DNA from: Octopus bimaculoides
Lineage: Eukaryota
Length of the DNA stretch: 54,360 nucleotides
Direction of reading: 5' to 3'
NCBI RefSeq assembly: GCF_001194135.2
Contig: NC_068985.1
Coordinates: 106,819-161,178, forward strand
The position numbers and the translations under genes are program-made. Under the pieces are notes generated by a model, which was not told the origin of the DNA, ran no database searches, and saw nothing but the letters and a program-made list of their open reading frames with translations. How positions within the stretch are numbered: position 1 is the stretch's first letter; each line of letters begins with the position of its first letter. Below are positions 49,393 through 54,360 of the stretch, in pieces.

Positions 49393-50922
49393 AAGATATA
49401 AGAGAGAGCGAGAGTAGTGGAGAGAGTAATCTAAATTATGCAGCTAGGAAAATGTTCCAGTTAACATCCTCCCAACATTTCTCTACATATATACATATCT
49501 ACACTTAAGTCTAGAGGGCTTTTAAGCAAAATTTTATTCCTGTTTCTTGTGATGTTTAACACTTAGCATTCAGATTGCTCTGTCAAACACAAAGTGTATT
49601 CATTCACATTGTTTTGCATTATCTTGTAGCTTCAAGATTTTAATGATGTGACTTTATTTTTTAACTGTAGGGGAGGTAATGAGAGGTCAGATCTGATTGG
49701 AACGAGCATAAAACAGACAGAATATCTGGGTTGTATATGGCCGGTTTAAATGACTGAAAGTACAACACCACACACATAATGGAGTACCAGTTTGTATATA
49801 TAATAAATTGTTGGTTTATACCACAAGGTTCTATCTCCACGTGTTGCCAAGATTTTGTCAGGCTGTTGAAGAGGCTCACTTCTGTTTCTCTCTCAATCCT
49901 TTCCCCTTGATTATATCAAGTGTGCCTTGAGACTTTTGTTATGGGGTAACAAGTGCAGTTAAATGGCAGAACTCAACATTAAAACTTGTGTCAAAATATT
50001 TGGCTTGTCAAGAGAATTATTGTTACAAAAGGAAGACTATGTGATCATTTAACCTGCAAAAATTAGCAACCAGATTACCCTCAACTCAAAACCCTCTACT
50101 TTAAATAAGGATGGACGCAGTCCTAGAAATCTCTAGAATAATGATATGGTCTTGACTGGATTGTTTTTTAAATGAGGTTTGCACAAAGATGACCCTGCAC
50201 TAAATGACAGCAGGAGTAACAGAACACAAAAGTCCTTTGTGTTTTAATTAGGTCACTTTCATCAAAGGGGAAGACTTTACTTCAGAATATACAAATATTT
50301 GCTAAGCAGAAATAGTTTCTTTTTATTATATATTTTTAGATTAAAAAAAAAAAAGACAAAAAATTTTTTTGTTCCAACCAAACAACATCAACAACAACCA
50401 TTAAAGCTAAAGTTAAAAGAACATTGAATTTGCCCATGAAATGTATGAAAATAGAAAGGCAGATATATAGTTCTGAACTGTGCTGTAATGGCTTGGTACC
50501 AAATACTCAAAATAATCTGGACTTTAACCAAAGTATTTTCTCTTTTTCATTATTTTCTCTTTGCTTCACTTACAACAGTTAATCTCATGTAGTCCCACAT
50601 TTTGCCAGATGAAAAAGAGAATGAAAGCTTGCTTCAGATTTATATTTATGTATTACAGGCACTATATTGATGTGTGTATATGTATATATACATGTAATGT
50701 ATGGAATATGTGTATATATACACACATACATTATCTAAATATAAATGCTGATTGTGTGTATATAAATATATATATATATGTATGTATTTCAAAAATCTTT
50801 TGATTAAATCTATATTATTATATATGTATGTATATGTGTATATATATATATACATGTATGCATATATATAATTAATTAGGTATATATACTTAGATATATG
50901 AAAGTATATTTGTGTGTGTATG

Positions 50923-50954
<32 letters not shown>

Positions 50955-51530
50955 NNNNNNNNNNNNNNNNNNNNNNNNNNNNNNNNNNNNNNNNNNNNNN
51001 NNNNNNNNNNNNNNNNNNNNNNNNNNNNNNNNNNNNNNNNNNNNNNNNNNNNNNAACCCATGCTAGCATGGAAAGCGGACGTTAAACGATGATGATGATA
51101 CAGTTAATCTATGGTATTTCTGATTTCCTCAGTCTAAGGTGTTAAACATAACCACTCTTCTATGTGCATTTGTCCCATACATATATGTATATATCTATGT
51201 ATGTATGTGCGTATGTCATTATTCTGTTTAGTTCAAGAATTCTTGACAATAGAGAAAGAACCGGTGTCTCACCTGGATCCAAGGCTCCTTCATTGAATTT
51301 CAACATCAACCAGAGGGTATTTTGGTTTATGTATGAGTGTGAAGATCTGTATGTTTTATGTATGTATTCTCATGCATATAGTTGCATATCTAGACATGCT
51401 CATATATATTTAAATGATAAACTTCTGGAAAGTTCTAGAGATTATTAGAGTTTGAGTGATGGATAATATCTGCTGCAGTCTTCGAATTAGCTTATCCATG
51501 TATGTATGTATGACTGTGACTCCAATCAGT

Positions 51531-51567
<37 letters not shown>

Positions 51568-51911
51568 TGTATATGTTTATACATATGCAGACATGTATGT
51601 ATACGTTGAAACATACATGTATACGTTTACACATATGTATACATGTATGTATATGTTTACACATATGTATACGTTTACACATGTATGCATACATTTATAC
51701 ATATGTGTGCATACATATATGTATATGCATATATATTTATGGATAGCATAGTAAGACACACCCACCCACCGAGTCATTTAGATAGATAGTTCAATGTGTG
51801 TACATTAAAGCAATTAATGGTAAGTATGAATCCTATGAATAGAGATGCTCTAACCATTGAGCCATGCACCTTCACACACACACACACACACTCATATGTA
51901 TATACACGTAC

Positions 51912-51942
<31 letters not shown>

Positions 51943-52133
51943 TATATACACACACACACACATACATATAAAATAAGCAGAAATTGGAGAAAACTTTTGA
52001 TCAACAAACAAACTGACCACCATTGGTTAATTATTTTATAATACAAAACATGAGTTTAGTATTAAAAGTTTTCTCCATTTCCTGCTTATTTTAAATTTGA
52101 TTCTTGATTATCTCTTGTTTATTCTGTTCTTAC

Positions 52134-52238
52134 CTGTATCCTATGAGCATAATATGCTTGCATAGCCATACCCAGGGTTAACATGGGTAATTTATACTGG
52201 TAGTAATAACGGATATTCTTATCCCTTAGACAGTTATT
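52134..52238 (-). CDS. candidate coding exon of an unidentified minus-strand gene (5' end hidden in gap)
   Basis: The only open frame, 35 codons NNCLRDKNIRYYYQYKLPMLTLGMAMQAYYAHRIQ, ends at a strong donor CAG|GTAAGA. It is complex sequence among microsatellites. Confidence 0.45.
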
Positions 52239-52424
52239 NNNNNNNNNNNNNNNNNNNNNNNNNNNNNNNNNNNNNNNNNNNNNNNNNNNNNNNNATATAT
52301 ATATATATATATATATACACATGATATAACTGCTTTATACTACATGCATTTATACTAATATTGGACTCTGATTAGATGGAGTGCTCCTTTTATTGATTTT
52401 TACATAAGTTAATTTCACAGTTCT

Positions 52425-52580
52425 ATATTTAGAGTGTGGGCTACTAACCCCAAGATTCCGAGTTCGATTCCAGGCAGTGACCTGAATAATAATAATAATA
52501 ATAACAACATTGAAAAATACCTTACGAATGAGAGCCTAGGTGAGGACAAATATCCATCAAATTAAAATAATGTTCATTTC
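52425..52580 (+). mobile_element. tRNA-headed short element with (AAT)n and Penelope-type tail, internally deleted
   Basis: B-box gagttcgattcc, (aat)n, then gaggacaaatatccatcaaattaaaataatgt, homologous to the tail after the hammerhead at 37865-37900. Confidence 0.6.
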
Positions 52581-53331
52581 ATATAGATATACTAGCAGCC
52601 AAACCCGGTTTCACCTGGTTGGTTTGGATGATGTGGCTGTATAACCTGCTCTGTGCAAGCATTTGACTTGTTTGGGCACGCTTATGTTAAAAAACAATTT
52701 TAGAATGACTTTTTTTCTGTCAAAACGCTTAAAATAACTGACAAACAAAAAAAAAAAACCAGCCAAGATTCAACCAAATCAAAAAATAAACCCAAATGCT
52801 AAGCAAAGATGAACCATCCCACTTCCATTGCATGTACGCACACACACACACACACGCATTCACATTCACATACCCCCCTTTTACATACACACACTTATGT
52901 TCACACAGAGTTGAAATGCTGTTTGATTTATTTTTCAGCATACAATTTTCATCATCCCACTACCAAGTATGATGTCACCCCTTCCTTTCTCATTATTATA
53001 GTAGATTATCTCCGTAGCTATGTAAAAAAATGACATCACCCCTTCCTTCCTTATTCATCTATCACCCCTTCCTTTCTCATTCATAAACACGAGTATTATC
53101 ATTGTAGATTATCTCAGTAACCATGGGAGCTATGAAAAAAATACAAAGCCCAGCTACACCACCTGATCATTCTACACATCTCGCAATTCCACCTAGCAGT
53201 TTGAGCGTGAATCCCAAGACGAGAAAAAATCACCCATATCTAATTTATATGTATAGATTTATATATACATATATATTTATATATATACACAAATATACAT
53301 TTATATAGACGTACATATACGTATACATATA

Positions 53332-53400
53332 AATATACTTTATTTGAAAGCAGCAGAAATATAACTGTTATATTTCTGCTGCTTTTAAATAAAGTATATT
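53332..53400. repeat. 69-bp near-perfect palindrome
   Basis: aatatactttatttgaaagcagcagaaatataac-t-gttatatttctgctgcttttaaataaagtatatt; one mismatch. Confidence 0.9.
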
Positions 53401-53464
53401 ACTCTACCTCTGGTATTTGAGTACTTTGTTTTCCACCTTGTTTCACATTTACATGCTTACTTCG

Positions 53465-53515
<51 letters not shown>

Positions 53516-53829
53516 TATATATACATGCATATATTTATATATGTATACATATATATTTATATATACAGATATATATGCACATATATATATTTATATATAT
53601 ATTTGCACATATATACATATTTATGTGTATATATGTTCTTGTTGTAGATTCAGCCCACAACTGTGGCTATGCTGGAGCAGCGCCCTGTTACTATTGAGAG
53701 CATCCTCTGATATATAGCATTTGGTGCCTCATTTGCACCTCTTGGTGAGCGGTAGGATCATCTGGGACACTTGATAGGAAGAGGTCCAATTTTCATTTGA
53801 AAACAACTACATTTATGTTGTGAAGGTCC

Positions 53830-54075
53830 CTCAGGCTCTTTGGGGGAAATATTTAAAAGCTGTGGACCCCTGAAACCCAGGCTGTTGCAGTAATAGGTCC
53901 TGAAGTGCGATGGCATAGATGGGATCTTTCACAATGCCCAGTGGTGACCTGTTCTGGCTTTGGTGAAGCATCCAATACCAAAATTTGGCACAATTCCTTC
54001 CAGGATCTTCCAGATGTATATTACTGAATACCTCTCCTGCCTTCGCTCCAGGAAGTAGTCTCAGCTTTTTCAGCC
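53830..54075 (-). mobile_element. CR1-clade LINE 3' fragment
   Basis: ERLKKLRL... followed by sequence collinear with 4490-4720. Confidence 0.75.
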
Positions 54076-54176
54076 TTTCCACACACACAGACACACACAT
54101 ATATGTATGTATGTATGTATGTATGTACGTATGTATACATACATATATATATACACACACACACACACATATATGG

Positions 54177-54207
<31 letters not shown>

Positions 54208-54360
54208 TATATATTCATACACACATATATATGTACACATAAATATATACACACACATATATGTATACATATATATATGCACATATATACACAGGTATAT
54301 ACATACATATATATACACACAAATATATATATATATATACACATATATATAAACACATGT

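Noticed and set aside
24799-52470. tRNA genes at 24799, 31050, 40280, 51850 and 52430
   Set aside because: Only A/B-box-like heads with no complete cloverleaf, each continuing into SINE bodies.
14363-54356. ORFs reading [18 protein letters not shown] or MYVCMYV
   Set aside because: These are translations of (AT)n, (CA)n and (TACA)n microsatellites, not proteins.

Overview
This is eukaryotic draft-assembly sequence with many N gaps. It is AT-rich and full of (AT)n/(CA)n/(TACA)n/(GAT)n microsatellites. The repeat repertoire points to a cephalopod, most likely Octopus (my recognition, not a database result). One complete protein-coding gene can be rebuilt by hand: a five-coding-exon ropporin-1-like / radial spoke protein 11 gene (ROPN1L) on the + strand, CDS join(12000-12139, 16751-16874, 19747-19908, 21125-21300, 27425-27500), 225 aa. 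All its introns are GT-AG with consistent phases, and none of its exons appears as its own entry in the supplied ORF track. Most other sequence is decayed mobile DNA: RTE, CR1 and Tx1/L1 LINEs, Penelope-like remnants, a Gypsy integrase fragment, Tc1/mariner pieces, non-autonomous Helitrons and several SINE families. I found no convincing novel multi-gene system. The best leads are: (i) two minimal type I hammerhead ribozyme motifs in Penelope-type terminal repeats, one apparently belonging to a tRNA-headed short element; (ii) an unexplained 1.35-kb strand-skewed decayed ORF block ending in a CpG-rich hairpin/promoter at about 39.3 kb; (iii) RFX X-box plus splice-donor modules that may mark 5' exons of ciliary genes; (iv) orphan candidate exons on the minus strand. 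Exon, ribozyme and hairpin coordinates were counted by hand; repeat boundaries are approximate.
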